Source: Acetobacteraceae bacterium
Lineage (GTDB): Bacteria; Pseudomonadota; Alphaproteobacteria; Acetobacterales; Acetobacteraceae
Direction: 5' to 3'
DNA length: 54,660 nt
NCBI GenBank assembly: GCA_019750475.1
Contig: JAIEOO010000003.1
Coordinates: 1 to 54,660, forward strand
Part shown: in pieces, positions 53,513-54,660 of the stretch
Numbering within the stretch: the first letter of the stretch is position 1
Layout: every line of letters starts with the position of its first letter
The notes under the pieces: model-generated
The model's database searches: none
What the model saw: only the letters and a program-made list of their open reading frames with translations
Told to the model about the DNA's origin: nothing
Program-made: the position numbers and the translations under genes

Positions 53513-53528
53513 TGGCACGTTTCTTGTT
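53513..53528 (+). promoter_or_regulatory. Sigma54-like -24/-12 element upstream of kdsD
   Basis: TGGCACG-TTTC-TTGTT versus consensus TGGCACG-N4-TTGCW. Confidence 0.5.
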
Positions 53529-53584
53529 AGGCGGCCGGCCGCGCCGCATTGACCTTGGCGCCCGCCACCCCTCATAGACGTGGC

Positions 53585-54559
53585 GTGGACACCCATACCC
53601 CCACCTCCGGCCTCGCCAGCGCCCGCCGCGTGCTCGCCCTCGAAGCGGCCGCGCTGTCGGCCCTGCGCGATGCGCTCGACGCGCGCTTCGACGATGCGGT
53701 GGCGCTGCTCGCCGGCACGACCGGGCGCGTCGTCGTCTCCGGCATGGGCAAGTCCGGCCATGTCGCGCGGAAGATCGCCGCCACCCTCGCGTCCACCGGC
53801 ACGCCGTCGCAATTCGTCCATCCGGGAGAAGCCAGCCACGGCGATCTCGGCATGATCGTCCGCGGCGACTCGGTCCTCGCGCTGTCGAACTCCGGCGAGA
53901 CGCAGGAGCTGTCGGACCTCGTCGCCCACACCCGCCGCTTCGGCATCCCGCTCGTCGCCATCACCGGGCGCGCGGGGTCGAGCCTCACGCGCGACTCGGA
54001 CGTGGCGCTCGTGCTGCCGCCGGCGGAGGAGGCCTGCCCCATGGGCCTCGCCCCCACCACCTCCACGACCATGCAGATGGCGCTGGGCGACGCCCTGGCG
54101 GTGGCGCTGCTCGAGCGGCGGGGCTTCACCGCGGCCGATTTCCGCGTCTTCCACCCGGGCGGCAAGCTCGGCGCCCAGCTCTCCCGCGTCGCCGACCTCA
54201 TGCACACCGAGATGCCGCTCGGCCGCCCCGACATGCCGATGGAGGAGGCGATCGTCGCCATGACGGCGGGCCGCTTCGGCTGCCTCGGCGTCCTCGACGC
54301 GGCCGGGCACCTCGCGGGCATCATCACCGACGGCGACCTCCGCCGCGCGCTCCGCGCGGGCAGCGGCCAGGCCCTGATGGCCCGCCGCGCGGGCGAGGTG
54401 ATGACCGCCGATCCGCGCCACATCACCCCGGACGCGCTGGCCGTCGAGGCGCTGCGCGTCATGAACGAGCGCAGCATCACCGCCCTGTTCGTGGTCGAGG
54501 CCGGCCGCCCGGTCGGCATCCTCCACATCCACGACCTGCTGCGGGGCGGCGTCGCCTGA
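53585..54559 (+). CDS. kdsD: Arabinose-5-phosphate isomerase (KpsF/GutQ family, SIS + 2 CBS)
   Basis: GMGKSGH, STGTPS, EASHGDLG, SNSGET, APTTST, HPGGKLG; start codon uncertain (GTG 53585). Confidence 0.93.
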   Translation: MDTHTPTSGLASARRVLALEAAALSALRDALDARFDDAVALLAGTTGRVVVSGMGKSGHVARKIAATLASTGTPSQFVHPGEASHGDLGMIVRGDSVLALSNSGETQELSDLVAHTRRFGIPLVAITGRAGSSLTRDSDVALVLPPAEEACPMGLAPTTSTTMQMALGDALAVALLERRGFTAADFRVFHPGGKLGAQLSRVADLMHTEMPLGRPDMPMEEAIVAMTAGRFGCLGVLDAAGHLAGIITDGDLRRALRAGSGQALMARRAGEVMTADPRHITPDALAVEALRVMNERSITALFVVEAGRPVGILHIHDLLRGGVA

Positions 54560-54660
54560 TGGCCGAGGCCCCGCCCCTCCGCGCGCCGGCCCGGGTGCTG
54601 GCCGAGGCCGCCGCGCCGAGACCGGAGCCCGCGCCCCGCGCGGAGGCCGCCAACCTGCGC
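54559..54660 (+). CDS. 3'-truncated CDS, probably LptC by synteny
   Basis: TGATG coupling with kdsD and an open frame to the window end; identity inferred only from the usual kdsD-lptC-lptA-lptB order. Confidence 0.45.
   Translation, partial: MAEAPPLRAPARVLAEAAAPRPEPAPRAEAANLR

Overview
Very GC-rich alphaproteobacterial chromosome segment; gene order and protein sequences resemble Roseomonas-like Acetobacteraceae (inference). The core backbone is nnr ... tRNA-Leu-tig-clpP-clpX-lon-hupB-tRNA-Val-tRNA-Asp-nuoA..N-birA-coaX-rnj-DUF1467-proS-lolE-lolD, and at the right end dsbB-coq7-kdsD-(probable lptC). Two accessory blocks interrupt it. Block 1 (about 1.2-10.5 kb) holds a four-gene envelope operon (COG3014-like, YcfL-like, LpoB-like and FlgT/CsgG-like proteins), malonyl-CoA decarboxylase, an AceE/transketolase-like ThDP enzyme, a Phd-VapC toxin-antitoxin pair and a DUF1643 gene. 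Block 2 (about 39.7-52.4 kb) is a catabolic cluster: aldehyde dehydrogenase, hydantoinase/oxoprolinase A+B, MaoC, 3-hydroxyacyl-CoA dehydrogenase-like, SDR, RidA, two tandem M20 amidohydrolases, cupin and GST. Most notable: the uncharacterised lipoprotein operon, a candidate outer-membrane complex; substitutions at normally invariant residues near cluster N2 of complex I (NuoB CCAVPM, NuoD GSHYH); a SuhB/MmgR-like sRNA with an orphan antisense terminator before proS; a duplicated lolE 3' end that creates a relay mini-ORF; and an in-frame palindromic insert in hydantoinase A. No CRISPR array, rRNA, integrase or transposase was seen. All family calls come from motif recognition by eye, not database searches.
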